64,000 bases of DNA, taken from positions 8,324 to 72,323 of the forward strand of contig JBGTFH010000003.1 in assembly GCA_041747375.1 (NCBI GenBank). Reading direction: 5' to 3'. The notes under the pieces are model-generated. The model did no database searches. It had not been told where the DNA came from and was given only the letters and a program-made list of their open reading frames with translations. This document shows, in pieces, positions 10,521 to 20,824 of the stretch. This DNA comes from Acidimicrobiia bacterium (GTDB lineage Bacteria > Actinomycetota > Acidimicrobiia > Spongiisociales > ZC4RG35). Position 1 is the stretch's first letter. Every line of letters begins with the position of its first letter. Position numbers and translations under genes: made by a program.

Positions 10521-11393
10521 TCAATCAGCCCAATTATCGACCCGGATCGATTCGGGATCGATACCGAGAGGCGCCAGGAAGGCATTGAACTTCTCGCGGG
10601 GAACGCCCTTCCACTCCAGGTCATCGAGTGTTTCGGTGATGGGAACGTCCAGTCGAAGCGTGGTCAACTCCCGATAGAGCAGGGCGTCGTCGAAGCGGTC
10701 TCGAAGTGTCTCCGCCAGTTTGTCGGCGCTCCTCACTTCGAGTCCCCAGTCGGCCGGCGATGGCGGGATGAGTTCGAGTCGTGAGTACTTTGCCAGTACG
10801 ACCGAACTCGACTTTGCGCCCCACCCGGGCAGACCGGGCACAGCATCGGCGGTGTCGCCCACCAGCGCGAGGTAGTCGGGAATCGACTCCGGGTGAATCC
10901 CGAATTTCTCGACCACCGCCGCTTCGTCGAGGATCTTCTGCTCCCGGCGGTTATAGGTGACGATCCTGTCGCCGATCACGGCCTGGCAGAGATCCTTATC
11001 GGGGGAGCAAATCACAACCTGGTCGACATCGTCCACCCATCTGACGGCGGCGGCGGCCAGCGCGTCATCGGCCTCGAACTCGACATTCCGCCAGACGACA
11101 ACACCGATGGCCTCGAGAGCGTCTTCGGCCATGGGAAACTGCGCAAGCAGGACCTCATCCATCCCGAGCGAAGACTTGTACCCCGGGAACATCTCGTTGC
11201 GAAACGACTCGATCACAGTGTCGAAACTCGCCGCCAGGTGGGTGACCCCCGGCTCACGGAGAAGGCCGAGTGTCGATTCGACTATTCCGATCGTCGCCCG
11301 GATGTCGCGGCCATCCGATGACACCAGGGTGTCTTTGCGCCCGAAGTGAGCCCGGAACAATTCGTAGGTAGCATCAAGGAGGTGAAGTTTCAC
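10521..11393 (-). CDS. 5'-3' exonuclease (FEN/PolA N-terminal domain family)
   Basis: 290 aa with a GTG start; N-terminus is MKLHLLDATYELFRAHF, and both PIN-like and H3TH regions are present. Confidence 0.8.
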   Translation of the reverse strand: MKLHLLDATYELFRAHFGRKDTLVSSDGRDIRATIGIVESTLGLLREPGVTHLAASFDTVIESFRNEMFPGYKSSLGMDEVLLAQFPMAEDALEAIGVVVWRNVEFEADDALAAAAVRWVDDVDQVVICSPDKDLCQAVIGDRIVTYNRREQKILDEAAVVEKFGIHPESIPDYLALVGDTADAVPGLPGWGAKSSSVVLAKYSRLELIPPSPADWGLEVRSADKLAETLRDRFDDALLYRELTTLRLDVPITETLDDLEWKGVPREKFNAFLAPLGIDPESIRVDNWAD

Positions 11394-11720
11394 GACACAG
11401 ATCCTACGACAGATTCACCGGATGATCCCTGGGGATCGGTCTCGACGAGTTTTAGCGAACTGGGCGAAAGTCTCAAATCGACTTACCGAAAGGTGGCCGA
11501 TGACAATGGCCCCGACGAAGACGAGATCAGATCGGCTTTCGCCACATTGGTCGGTGTATGGGACCAGGTGGCGGAGTCGGTGGCCGACGCGTTGCGCGAC
11601 CCGGAAACACGCCAGCATCTCAAACAGGCGGTGAGTTCCTTTGCAATCGCAGTGGGCTCCACTCTTTCTGATCTCGGCACCGAATTCTCCCAACCATCCG
11701 ACAGCTCCGAAGAGGAGTAG
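11346..11720 (+). CDS. acidic hypothetical protein
   Basis: 124 aa with non-random composition. Its GTG start overlaps the divergent exonuclease 5' end, so the start is uncertain. Confidence 0.3.
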   Translation: MSPEQFVGSIKEVKFHDTDPTTDSPDDPWGSVSTSFSELGESLKSTYRKVADDNGPDEDEIRSAFATLVGVWDQVAESVADALRDPETRQHLKQAVSSFAIAVGSTLSDLGTEFSQPSDSSEEE

Positions 11721-11730
11721 ATGATTGGGC

Positions 11731-12681
11731 TCAGACGCCGAGATCTATCAGCCCGTTCAGCAATGCGGCGCCCGTCGCCGCGTCATCGACGGTCATTGCG
11801 AACCGGCGACCGTTCCTGAAGGTTATTTCGAGGGCTTCACCCCTCCTCAACACGATCGCCGACGCTCCCGGAGATACCCTCCAACCCCATCCGCCCCATT
11901 CTTTGGGTTCGAGCTCGATCGAGCGGGCCGATGAGATCTCGTCTACTCCGATCATATGGACGGGAACCCCTCCGAGCCGGACCCGCAAGCCATCGTTGGT
12001 CACATTCGCTTCGACCTGACTCATCACGATGCCGAGCCCGACCACGCCGAGAAAGACCCAGAGCGGGATTGATGGAAACGCAAAGAGAAGGAAAATGCCA
12101 AGGCCGAGGAAGCTGAGGGCCATCCAACGGACCCTGACCCTCCCGACCCAGCTCACTCTTTCGCCCGGTCCGATCTCCGACGCCAGTCGGTCTTCGCCTT
12201 CGGCCATTGGGAGATCTCTGATGGGATACCACTCCCGCCCGAGAACAATTCCGGCCAACAACCCGAGCAGTGAGATAACAAAAAGACCGACTATCGCCCA
12301 GATCGACAACGGTGCCGCTCCGGTCCACTCGGCAACCCCCCAGTTGGCGATAACGGTCAGCAGAGTTATCGCGAGGCCAAGAGCACCGAGCATCCCGACG
12401 ATCGCGAATGCCTCCATCGCGGGCTCCGAACCAATCCGAAACTGCAAGCTGAGCAAGAGCCCGAGGGCAATGACCCCTGCGGCGACCACCAGGACCGCCC
12501 ACTTCGGGGCAGAACCGTCGGCGACGCCCGCACCATTCCAGTGAATCGCAACTTCTAACGGCAGGTGCGCCCAAGCGATGAATAGGACGCCGGCACACAG
12601 GGCGAGCCAGAGGCCGGACCACAGTAAGAGCCGGCGGGTCCCGACAGAGGTCGGACGACTGCCATTTTCGGAAAGGGCCAT
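11731..12681 (-). CDS. DUF1648/SdpI-like polytopic membrane protein
   Basis: 316 aa with multiple TM helices. Confidence 0.45.
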   Translation of the reverse strand: MALSENGSRPTSVGTRRLLLWSGLWLALCAGVLFIAWAHLPLEVAIHWNGAGVADGSAPKWAVLVVAAGVIALGLLLSLQFRIGSEPAMEAFAIVGMLGALGLAITLLTVIANWGVAEWTGAAPLSIWAIVGLFVISLLGLLAGIVLGREWYPIRDLPMAEGEDRLASEIGPGERVSWVGRVRVRWMALSFLGLGIFLLFAFPSIPLWVFLGVVGLGIVMSQVEANVTNDGLRVRLGGVPVHMIGVDEISSARSIELEPKEWGGWGWRVSPGASAIVLRRGEALEITFRNGRRFAMTVDDAATGAALLNGLIDLGV

Positions 12682-12724
12682 AATGTGAGCCGGACTCTAG
12701 ATCGACCAAGGGTGAAACAGGCTT

Positions 12725-13528
12725 ATGGCATATCCGCTCGTCGGACCGGAATCTCTCGCCGCTACGTTGCCGCGGCGGGGCCTGTACGACGTCAGATGGC
12801 GCCTCGGTGATCCAGATTTTGGACGGCGCGCCTATGGCGAAGCCCACATTCCGGGCGCGGTTTTCGTCGATTTGGATACCGACCTCAGCGGTCCTCCAGG
12901 ACGTGATGGGCGTCATCCCTTACCGGATTCCGGAGCGTTTCTCACAACACTGCGACGTCTCGGAATCAGCGAGGACACCGACGTGGTGGTCTACGACGAC
13001 GCCACCGGAATAGTCGCAGCTCGGATGTGGTGGATGCTCAGATCGATCGGACATCAACGAGTACAACTCCTGGATGGTGGTATTCAGGGGTGGATGGGCT
13101 CGGGTCTGCCGGTCGAAGCCGGCACTGTGGAACCCGAGCCCTCGATGTATCCGGGCCCTATTGCTTTCTCTGGCGTGGTCAAAATCGATGAGTTGGCGGG
13201 ACGGCAATTGGTCGACGTAAGAGCGCAAGAGCGTTATCGGGGTGAATACGAACCGGTCGACCCGCGTCCGGGCCATATCCCCGGGGCGGTGAACCTGCCG
13301 ACTACAGAGGCATTGGTTGGAGACAGATTCGCTGAAAGTGACCGCCTGACAGCGGTGTTTGGAGATCTCGATGACCCGGTCTTCTCTTGCGGATCGGGCG
13401 TCAATGCCTGCCATTCGGCGTTGGCGATGGTTGCTGCCGGGTACCCGATGCCGGACATATATGCCGGGTCATATTCGGAGTGGTCCCGCTCGGAACGCCC
13501 GGTCGCCACAGGTGCGGAGCCCGCTTGA
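12725..13528 (+). CDS. sseA: thiosulfate/3-mercaptopyruvate sulfurtransferase (tandem rhodanese)
   Basis: 267 aa with two rhodanese domains; active-site Cys lies in CGSGVNA. Confidence 0.8.
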   Translation: MAYPLVGPESLAATLPRRGLYDVRWRLGDPDFGRRAYGEAHIPGAVFVDLDTDLSGPPGRDGRHPLPDSGAFLTTLRRLGISEDTDVVVYDDATGIVAARMWWMLRSIGHQRVQLLDGGIQGWMGSGLPVEAGTVEPEPSMYPGPIAFSGVVKIDELAGRQLVDVRAQERYRGEYEPVDPRPGHIPGAVNLPTTEALVGDRFAESDRLTAVFGDLDDPVFSCGSGVNACHSALAMVAAGYPMPDIYAGSYSEWSRSERPVATGAEPA

Positions 13529-14481
13529 TCAACCAACGAACCGTCGATGCAATCGAGGCCTCCGATACCGATGAGTTGCTCCGGATCGTTGACGGATATT
13601 GCGCCGTCAAGGACTGGGACCTACTGCTATCGATCCGCCAGCGCTGCCAGGAGGCGCTTACCAGGGGCAAGCAACTCTGGGGCGTCGATGAGCACATACG
13701 CTACCGTCTGGCCCTCGAGGCACCGGCGGAATGGGCGGGACCGGTAGTGGCGGAGGGACGAGGGAGATTTACCCTCGGACCCCTTTCCGAGGTGGCAGCC
13801 AGCCGAAAGACTTGGGCAGAAATGGAGCCGTTCCTGGAGCACGGCCCGGAGCGGATGACCTTCGCGGCAGAGCGGATCATCCGTCGGGACAGGGTCGACG
13901 ACGTCGGGGAACTCCCCGATATACAGGAATGGGAACCGACCTATTGCGTCCCCATCTATAAGTCGGACCGGATCGAGACACCATCGCCGAAACTTCCCCC
14001 TGGGGAAACGGTGACTCTTCCCGGTGAGTTCAGCATCGCCGACGACCCGATCTCAGAACAGGCGCTCAACGATCTCGTCGAACCATGGGTCACCCAGTCC
14101 AACGGGAGGAGCCAGACCGTGACGGTCGACGGAACGCCACTCGAGGCGATCTCCGCACTCGGCCTCAGGGAAGCCCACATCGTCAGGCTCGACCCCTCCA
14201 GGGCCCTGGCGATCATGGGATGGACGGCATCCTCGGGTGGCGCCCACGGAGATCGACGGGGGGCGGCGGCCGGCAGATACCTCGCCTGGTGGGTGGTGGC
14301 ATCGTTGTCTGACATGGACTGGCCCGCACCGGCCGATGACATCGGAGCCGCGGTGAACGGGTTCGAGTGGCTGTGGTTCGACGACAACAGTCCCGATTCG
14401 GGATGGGCCCTCCGGCTCGCCGTAGGTGATCCCGATAGCGGTCTCGCCTGGGCGATATCGGCGAGCGACCTCGCCGACTAG
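13525..14481 (+). CDS. conserved hypothetical protein
   Basis: TTG start overlaps the sseA TGA (tTGA). The ORF-track N-terminal extension (13387..) overlaps sseA and was dropped. Confidence 0.45.
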   Translation: MINQRTVDAIEASDTDELLRIVDGYCAVKDWDLLLSIRQRCQEALTRGKQLWGVDEHIRYRLALEAPAEWAGPVVAEGRGRFTLGPLSEVAASRKTWAEMEPFLEHGPERMTFAAERIIRRDRVDDVGELPDIQEWEPTYCVPIYKSDRIETPSPKLPPGETVTLPGEFSIADDPISEQALNDLVEPWVTQSNGRSQTVTVDGTPLEAISALGLREAHIVRLDPSRALAIMGWTASSGGAHGDRRGAAAGRYLAWWVVASLSDMDWPAPADDIGAAVNGFEWLWFDDNSPDSGWALRLAVGDPDSGLAWAISASDLAD

Positions 14482-14496
14482 CCGGTTTCTGCACCC

Positions 14497-16071
14497 CTAT
14501 GCGGCCGAGACATTCACGCTGATCATGTGATAGCCGGTAGCCCCATTGGGCGCCGGAGGGGCCAATTCATCGGTCTGGGTGTCGCCATTACCATCGGTGG
14601 CCCGGACCGAGAGGAGCTGGCGCCCCGGCTCCGGGGTCCACGGAACCTGCCATTGCACCCAGGTGTCTTCGGAAAGTGGTTCGGAAAGTTCAGCCATGAC
14701 CCATTCGGCGTCCTGGCCCAACTGGACTTCGACCATGGAGATACCGCGATGCGGGGCCCACGCGACCCCGGCAACGATGCGTTCCCCGGAATCGATGTTG
14801 GCTCCGCGTGTCGGGGTGTCGATACGGCTCTGGGTCTTGATAGGCGCTTCCTTGGACCAGCCCCGCGGCACCCAGTAGGCGTCGAATTCATCCCACCCGG
14901 TCAACTCGATCTCCGCCAACCACTTGGTTGCGGAGACATATCCGTAGAGCCCGGGTACCACCAAACGCGCAGGGAAACCATGTTCAAAGGGGAGGGGCTC
15001 TCCATTCATTCCGATGGCGACTAGCGCATCACGGCCGTCCATCGCCACCTCGACAGGAAAACCCACTGTGAACCCGTCGGATTCGACCGATCGACCCACC
15101 AACTGTTCAGCATCGTCCCTGACGCCAGCCCGGTTCAGAATGTCGATGAGCGGGACACCCAACCACTTCGCATTGCCGATCAGGTCTCCCCCGACCCGGT
15201 TGGAAACACAGGACAGGGTGACGTACCGCTCCACCATGTCCATATCCAGCAACTCGTCGAAGTCGATCTGGTAAGGATTGTCGACCCGCCCCCCGACTTT
15301 GAGACGCCATTCCGTTAGATCGATCCGGGGCAACGTAAAGGCAGTGTCGATTCGATAGAAGTCCTGATTCGAGACGACCACGGGGGTGAGTTCTGGAATC
15401 CCGAACTCGGCGGCGGCAGGCACCGGGGCCACCGGGTCGATGGCCGCCGGGAGCACGACCTCGGCCCGTCCCGCAGCGACCACCTTTCCCCGCTCGATCA
15501 GACTCCTCCCGAAGGCAGCCGACAGAGCGGCAAGACCCAAGACCGCTCCGGCTCCGGCGAGAAAGGCCCTCCTCGAACCCGAGGTCTCCCCCGGGGCCGC
15601 CGGTTCGGAGAGCGAGTAGAGCCACTGAAGCGAAGCCAGCCCGGCGAGGGCGGCGATACCAGACGGGATCAAGGCCAGACCTAACGATACTCCCGTGCTG
15701 CGCACCCCGGCGAGAGCACCGAGCACCGCAAAACCGATGAACACTGTGATCGCTACCCAGAACCGCTTCCGGGCCACGACACCGACCACAAAACCGAGTA
15801 TGAGCGTGACGACAACAATGCTGATCGCCAATACGAGCTTGTCGTTGGTCCCGAAGGTCTCGATGGCGAAATCCTTCAACGGTTTCGGGACCACGTCGAT
15901 GACCCAGTTACCCAGACTCTCCACGATCGATGGCAACGTCGCAACCGCTCCCGCTACGAATTCGGAGACGCCGAGTGCCAATGCTGCCGAGAGAAGACCG
16001 GATATCCCATCCCGGAGCCAATGAGTCGGAACCGGGACCACGACCGGTTCGGAGGTAATTGCGGTTGTCAC
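14497..16071 (-). CDS. sulfite-oxidase-family molybdopterin oxidoreductase with N-terminal membrane domain
   Basis: 524 aa; SUOX-fold catalytic domain (conserved Cys in TLSCVSNRVGG) plus a MOSC/dimerisation-like C-terminus. Confidence 0.7.
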   Translation of the reverse strand: MTTAITSEPVVVPVPTHWLRDGISGLLSAALALGVSEFVAGAVATLPSIVESLGNWVIDVVPKPLKDFAIETFGTNDKLVLAISIVVVTLILGFVVGVVARKRFWVAITVFIGFAVLGALAGVRSTGVSLGLALIPSGIAALAGLASLQWLYSLSEPAAPGETSGSRRAFLAGAGAVLGLAALSAAFGRSLIERGKVVAAGRAEVVLPAAIDPVAPVPAAAEFGIPELTPVVVSNQDFYRIDTAFTLPRIDLTEWRLKVGGRVDNPYQIDFDELLDMDMVERYVTLSCVSNRVGGDLIGNAKWLGVPLIDILNRAGVRDDAEQLVGRSVESDGFTVGFPVEVAMDGRDALVAIGMNGEPLPFEHGFPARLVVPGLYGYVSATKWLAEIELTGWDEFDAYWVPRGWSKEAPIKTQSRIDTPTRGANIDSGERIVAGVAWAPHRGISMVEVQLGQDAEWVMAELSEPLSEDTWVQWQVPWTPEPGRQLLSVRATDGNGDTQTDELAPPAPNGATGYHMISVNVSAA

Positions 16072-16125
16072 CCCGGCAACGCTAGGTACCTGCGTGCTAA
16101 ATGCAGCTAAACCGATACAGACAGG

Positions 16126-16722
16126 TCAAACCGGAACCGCAAAGTCGCTGCGCGCCGCTCTCACCATGGGTGAGACGAAACAGTCCGGTACATGGTCGTT
16201 GACGAGGCCCATTGCCTGCATGAATGCATAAGCAGTGGTCGGGCCAACAAACCTGAACCCTCGCCTCTTCAAATCTCGGGACATCGCCAGCGACTCCGGC
16301 GAGGTCGAGCGAGTCGGATCCGACCTCCCGGGCTCATAAGCCCAAACGTAAGCTGCGAAGGAACCGCATTCGGCAATCATCGCCGCCAACTGGTTGGCAT
16401 TGTTGATGGTCGCCTCGATCTTGCCGCGATGCCGGACAATGGTCGGGTCTGCAAGCAGCCTCTCGACATCCTCGCTACCCATCGAAGCAACCCGGGTGAA
16501 GTCGAAGTCATAGAAGACCCTCCGAAAGTCCTCACGCTTGCGAAGAATGGTCAACCAGGACAGTCCACTTTGAAAACCCTCGAGACAGATCTTCTCGAAG
16601 AGCAAGAAGTCATCGCTAACGGGAAAACCCCATTCGGTGTCGTGATAAACCAGGTAGTCCGGGGTCGAGACACCCCAACTGCAACGTGGCTTACCGTCGT
16701 CACCCGTCACAAGATCTGGCAT
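16126..16722 (-). CDS. tag: DNA-3-methyladenine glycosylase I
   Basis: 198 aa; aligns to E. coli Tag (C..W......Y.YHD.EWG.P) with its zinc Cys ligands. Confidence 0.85.
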   Translation of the reverse strand: MPDLVTGDDGKPRCSWGVSTPDYLVYHDTEWGFPVSDDFLLFEKICLEGFQSGLSWLTILRKREDFRRVFYDFDFTRVASMGSEDVERLLADPTIVRHRGKIEATINNANQLAAMIAECGSFAAYVWAYEPGRSDPTRSTSPESLAMSRDLKRRGFRFVGPTTAYAFMQAMGLVNDHVPDCFVSPMVRAARSDFAVPV

Positions 16723-16787
16723 CTCCGGAGATTACCGCTCCCGTCCACAACTCAGCACGGCACGACGCACCACTCTAAAGTCCGGTC

Positions 16788-17927
16788 ATGATCGAGCGCC
16801 CAGAATTCACAATCGGGATCGAAGAGGAATATCTCGTGGTAGATCGCGAGACTCGCGACTTGATCAAGCGGCCGCCAGATTCAATGTGGAAGGCACTCGA
16901 AAACGTTCTCGGATCTCAGGTGACCCACGAATTCTTGAAAGCCCAGATCGAGGTGGGGACCAGAGTCTGTTCCACAGTCGCAGAGGCACGGGCAGATCTG
17001 GCCAGGATGCGGACCGGCCTCAATGCGGTGGTTACCGAATATGGGGCAGCCATCATCGCATCCTCGACCCACCCCTTCGCCAACTGGTCGGAACAGGAAA
17101 CAACTGAGGATCCGCGGTACATGCGCCTCGCTTCGGATTACCAGCAGGTTGCCCGGCAACTGGTCATCTGCGGAATGCATGTCCACGTGGGAATCGAAGA
17201 CCCCCACCTCCGGATCGACCTCATGAACCAGGTCAAATACATGCTCCCTCACATGCTCGCCCTGAGCACCTCATCGCCGTTCTGGGCTGGTGAGCCCACC
17301 GGCCTCCTCGCCTATCGACTCGTGATCTTTCAGAACCTCCCGAGGACCGGTGTTCCCGAGGAGTTCGCCTCGTGGGGGGAGTATGAGAGGACCGTTTCGA
17401 TTCTGGTCGACGCCGGGCTCATCGAGGACGGGACCAAGCTCTGGTGGGACATCCGACCGTCGAGCCGATACCCGACGCTCGAAATGCGGGTATCCGACGT
17501 CTGTACACGGCTCGACGATGCGATGACAGTTGCCGCTCTCTACCAGACCCTCCTCGCCTATCTCTACCGTCTCCGGCGGGAAAACCAACGCTGGCGCACC
17601 TACTCCCCGATGATGATCGAAGAGAATCTGTGGCGTGCTCAGCGTTACGGAGTGGATGGATCGATGGTCGACTTCGGGAAGGGTCAATTGATCGAGTACT
17701 CCGAACTGGTCGAGGAGTTCATCGAGCTCCTGGCACATGACGCAGTCGAGTTCGGGGTGCGCGACGAGCTACGTCATGCCCGAACCATCGTCCAGGAAGG
17801 GACCAGCGCCCACCGTCAGCTGGAGACGTACAACACCGCTCTCAACAATGGCGCCGAGCAGAAGGACGCTCTGAATGCTGTGGTCGATGCATTGATCATT
17901 GACACGATGTACGGGATCGACGTTTAG
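16788..17927 (+). CDS. ybdK: carboxylate-amine ligase YbdK (GCS2 family)
   Basis: 379 aa starting EFTIGIEEEYLVVD, a GCS2 signature. Confidence 0.8.
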   Translation: MIERPEFTIGIEEEYLVVDRETRDLIKRPPDSMWKALENVLGSQVTHEFLKAQIEVGTRVCSTVAEARADLARMRTGLNAVVTEYGAAIIASSTHPFANWSEQETTEDPRYMRLASDYQQVARQLVICGMHVHVGIEDPHLRIDLMNQVKYMLPHMLALSTSSPFWAGEPTGLLAYRLVIFQNLPRTGVPEEFASWGEYERTVSILVDAGLIEDGTKLWWDIRPSSRYPTLEMRVSDVCTRLDDAMTVAALYQTLLAYLYRLRRENQRWRTYSPMMIEENLWRAQRYGVDGSMVDFGKGQLIEYSELVEEFIELLAHDAVEFGVRDELRHARTIVQEGTSAHRQLETYNTALNNGAEQKDALNAVVDALIIDTMYGIDV

Positions 17928-17929
17928 GG

Positions 17930-18739
17930 TTGGGCAGCAGCCAACCAGGAGATCCGTTGTCACACAAAGTCAAAATAGCAGTCCAACTCCAACCCCAACA
18001 CGCCGACTTCGCCGATATCCGCCGCGCGGTAATCAGGGCCGAGGAGATGGGCGTGGACGCCATCTTCAACTGGGATCACTTCTACCCGTTGTCGGGCGAC
18101 CCTGACGGGAAGCACTTCGAGTGCTGGACGATGCTCGGGTCGTGGGCGGAGATAACAGAGCGAGCCCAGATCGGTGCCCTGGTGGTCTGCAATTCCTACC
18201 GGAATCCTGAGCTTCTCGCCGACATGGCGCGCACGGTGGACCACGCTTCCGACGGCCGTCTCATCCTCGGGATCGGTGCGGGTTGGTTTGAGAAGGACTA
18301 CGACGAATACGGCTACGAATTCGGGACCGCCGGGTATCGACTCGCCGACTTGAAACAGGCCCTCCCCAGGATCAAGGACCGATTGAGGAAGTTGAATCCA
18401 GCGCCGACTCGGGAGATCCCGATCATGATCGGTGGCGGTGGCGAGAAGAAGACCCTCCGCTACACAGCCGAGTTTGCCGATATGTGGCACGGTTTTGGCG
18501 ATGCCGGGAGGATTCGCCACAAGAACGGGGTCCTCGATGAATGGTGCAGGAAGCTGGAGCGAGATCCCTCCGAGATCGAGCGATCGTGTGGGGCCAACCC
18601 GAAACGGGTCGAGTCAGCCGACGACCTCTACCGGGCTGGCGCAACTTTTTTCACCCTCGGATTCGACGGCACCACCAACTACGACATGGCCATGGTCGCG
18701 GATTGGATCGCCTGGCGCGACGAAAAAAATGCGAGCTAG
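17930..18739 (+). CDS. LLM-class (luciferase-like) F420/flavin-dependent oxidoreductase
   Basis: 269 aa with a TIM-barrel LLM signature (ILGIGAGW...). The start may instead be the internal GTG at VKIAVQL. Confidence 0.65.
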   Translation: MGSSQPGDPLSHKVKIAVQLQPQHADFADIRRAVIRAEEMGVDAIFNWDHFYPLSGDPDGKHFECWTMLGSWAEITERAQIGALVVCNSYRNPELLADMARTVDHASDGRLILGIGAGWFEKDYDEYGYEFGTAGYRLADLKQALPRIKDRLRKLNPAPTREIPIMIGGGGEKKTLRYTAEFADMWHGFGDAGRIRHKNGVLDEWCRKLERDPSEIERSCGANPKRVESADDLYRAGATFFTLGFDGTTNYDMAMVADWIAWRDEKNAS

Positions 18740-19608
18740 GTGACAGCGCCAGCCAGGATGCGGTCGGCTTCGGGGGTGACCAGGTCCTTTTTACGGCCCA
18801 TCCACCACACCAGACCCAAACCAACCACCCCGGCGATGAAACCGATCACCTGGTTCCAGGTGAAAGATCCCACGACAGCGTCTCCGTTGTCGATCCGGAG
18901 GGCGTCGAGTAGGAACCGTTGGAAGCCGTACCAGGAGACCCAGATGAAGAACATCTGCCCGTAATGAACCGGGAGTCGGGTGTAGATCAAGTAGAGAACC
19001 CCCAGGAGGACGATTGCCCCCAACATGTCATACGCAGCGACGTGGTGGTAGATGCCGCAGAAACCGTCGGGCCCGGCCTCGGCGGCGACACATTCGAGAT
19101 TGTCATGCTGGGGTGCCACGTCGTAACCGGGCTTGATCCCATAACCCCACGCCACCGTGGTCGCGGTGCCGAGATGCTCAACAATCGCCAGGTCGCCGAT
19201 ACGACCGACGATTGTCCCCACTGCCAGGCCGAAAGTTGCGACGTCGAGGGTGGGCCATACCGCCAGACCGACCATCCGCATTCGGATGGCCCCGGCGATG
19301 ATTCCACCGGCGAATCCCCCCATGATCGAAAAGTTGCCGGAGATCGGGTTCAAGGCTTCGGCGAGAGTCGCCCCGTCCATGAGTTGTGCCGGAGCGGTGA
19401 AGTACCTGGCACCGAGGAGGGCGCCGATCAGGCCCCACGTGAGCGCTGATTGATACTTTTCTGTGTCAAAGCCTCTCCGGCCGAGCATCCTGGTGGTGAG
19501 CCACGCCCCGGCGATGAACCCGAGGGCAGCGAACACGCCATGCAGGGAGAGTCGCAACGGGCCCACCTCAAAAATGGGAATCGGCGGGTAGGTGATGACT
19601 GCGAGCAC
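18736..19608 (-). CDS. lgt: prolipoprotein diacylglyceryl transferase
   Basis: 290 aa with Lgt signature regions (...GARYFTAPAQ..., GRIGD..). Confidence 0.8.
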   Translation of the reverse strand: MLAVITYPPIPIFEVGPLRLSLHGVFAALGFIAGAWLTTRMLGRRGFDTEKYQSALTWGLIGALLGARYFTAPAQLMDGATLAEALNPISGNFSIMGGFAGGIIAGAIRMRMVGLAVWPTLDVATFGLAVGTIVGRIGDLAIVEHLGTATTVAWGYGIKPGYDVAPQHDNLECVAAEAGPDGFCGIYHHVAAYDMLGAIVLLGVLYLIYTRLPVHYGQMFFIWVSWYGFQRFLLDALRIDNGDAVVGSFTWNQVIGFIAGVVGLGLVWWMGRKKDLVTPEADRILAGAVT

Positions 19609-19660
19609 GGGAAGACCCTAACGACAATCAGCAGGTTCAACATAGCTAAAGTCGACTCCC

Positions 19661-20824
19661 GTGAGTGATCTATTGACCGCAGTAGCCGAGGCCCTGGGGA
19701 CCCCGGCCGACCTGATCAGTCGTTCTGCCGCCGCCCGCGCCGCAGCCAACGGAACCTCCACCGAAGATGTTCTCTCCGCATGGTCGGGCGGTGCCCCAAT
19801 GCCCGCCGCCCAAGCCCCTCCTCCCCAGGCGGACCCGCCGCCCGCGGAGGCCGCAGCACCGGAAGTCACCACCGAACTGCCCGCGCCACCGCCCATCCCA
19901 CTCGAGGTAGCGCAGCCCGCGGCGACAGTTGTAGCGGTTGTCGAAGAATCGAAGCCGCTTGAGCCCGTCGACCTATCTCATCGACTGAGGACGGCGGGCA
20001 GGGTAGGGGTTTGGACCGGAGCAGTCCTCGGGCTCTTCGCCTTTGTCGCGGCCACCTCCTGGTGGTCGCAGAACGCCACTGTGGCCGGCGAAGAGGTGTT
20101 GCGGCCGGTACTGGTGGCAAACAGTCAGTCCGTGATGATCGGCATAGCCCTGGCCAGTCTGGTCTTCGGGGCCATGGTCGCGTCGCTCGCCAGGGCCGCC
20201 GCCGGTTGGACAGACCCGGGGATGGCGTTGTCATCATCGAAGTCTTCTACTGCTTGGATCGGGGCAGCCATCGGTCTGGCCCTTGGATTCGGCGCCGGCG
20301 CGTTGCTCGCCAATGGATTCGGCGTCCCCGTCGAAGGTTCGGAGGAATTGGTGCAGTTGCCCGTACTGGTAACGCTTGCAGTCATGTTGGTCGGCGGGGC
20401 CTTCCTGGGCTGGGCCACGACCATTGCGACCCAGGTTTTTGGAATACCGGTTGCCGTGGACACCGCTGACACGGACGAGGTTGGCGTCGTCAGGGCGCGG
20501 CTCGCCAACGCAATCGGAATACCGTTAGCCGGGGTGGTTTTGCTGCTCGCCCTGGTCCTTCCTTTTGCTTGGACGTTGATTCGCTCCAACCATCTAAGTT
20601 CCGGCGGAGCAGCCATCATCGCAATCGTCGCCTCATCCGGGGTACTCGTCTTCGCCTCGCTGGCCGGTTCCAGACCAAACATGAAAATCAGCAGAGGTGA
20701 GTTCCTGGTGGCACTGGCCGGGATCGGGATCGTCTTGATCCTGGTGTTCGCCGTCCTCAACAACGTCGGTGGTGAACACACCGAGGAAGACACTGAGGCT
20801 GTCATCCACCAGCTGGTCGTTTAG
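19661..20824 (+). CDS. membrane protein with Pro/Ala-rich linker, hypothetical
   Basis: 387 aa with multiple TM helices and a PPPQADPPPAEAAAPE low-complexity segment. Confidence 0.4.
   Translation: MSDLLTAVAEALGTPADLISRSAAARAAANGTSTEDVLSAWSGGAPMPAAQAPPPQADPPPAEAAAPEVTTELPAPPPIPLEVAQPAATVVAVVEESKPLEPVDLSHRLRTAGRVGVWTGAVLGLFAFVAATSWWSQNATVAGEEVLRPVLVANSQSVMIGIALASLVFGAMVASLARAAAGWTDPGMALSSSKSSTAWIGAAIGLALGFGAGALLANGFGVPVEGSEELVQLPVLVTLAVMLVGGAFLGWATTIATQVFGIPVAVDTADTDEVGVVRARLANAIGIPLAGVVLLLALVLPFAWTLIRSNHLSSGGAAIIAIVASSGVLVFASLAGSRPNMKISRGEFLVALAGIGIVLILVFAVLNNVGGEHTEEDTEAVIHQLVV

Noticed and set aside
13387-13528. N-terminal 46-aa extension of the 13387..14481 ORF overlapping sseA
   Set aside because: The extension is Cys/Arg/Gly-rich junk. 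A TTG start embedded in the sseA stop (tTGA) gives a sensible N-terminus.
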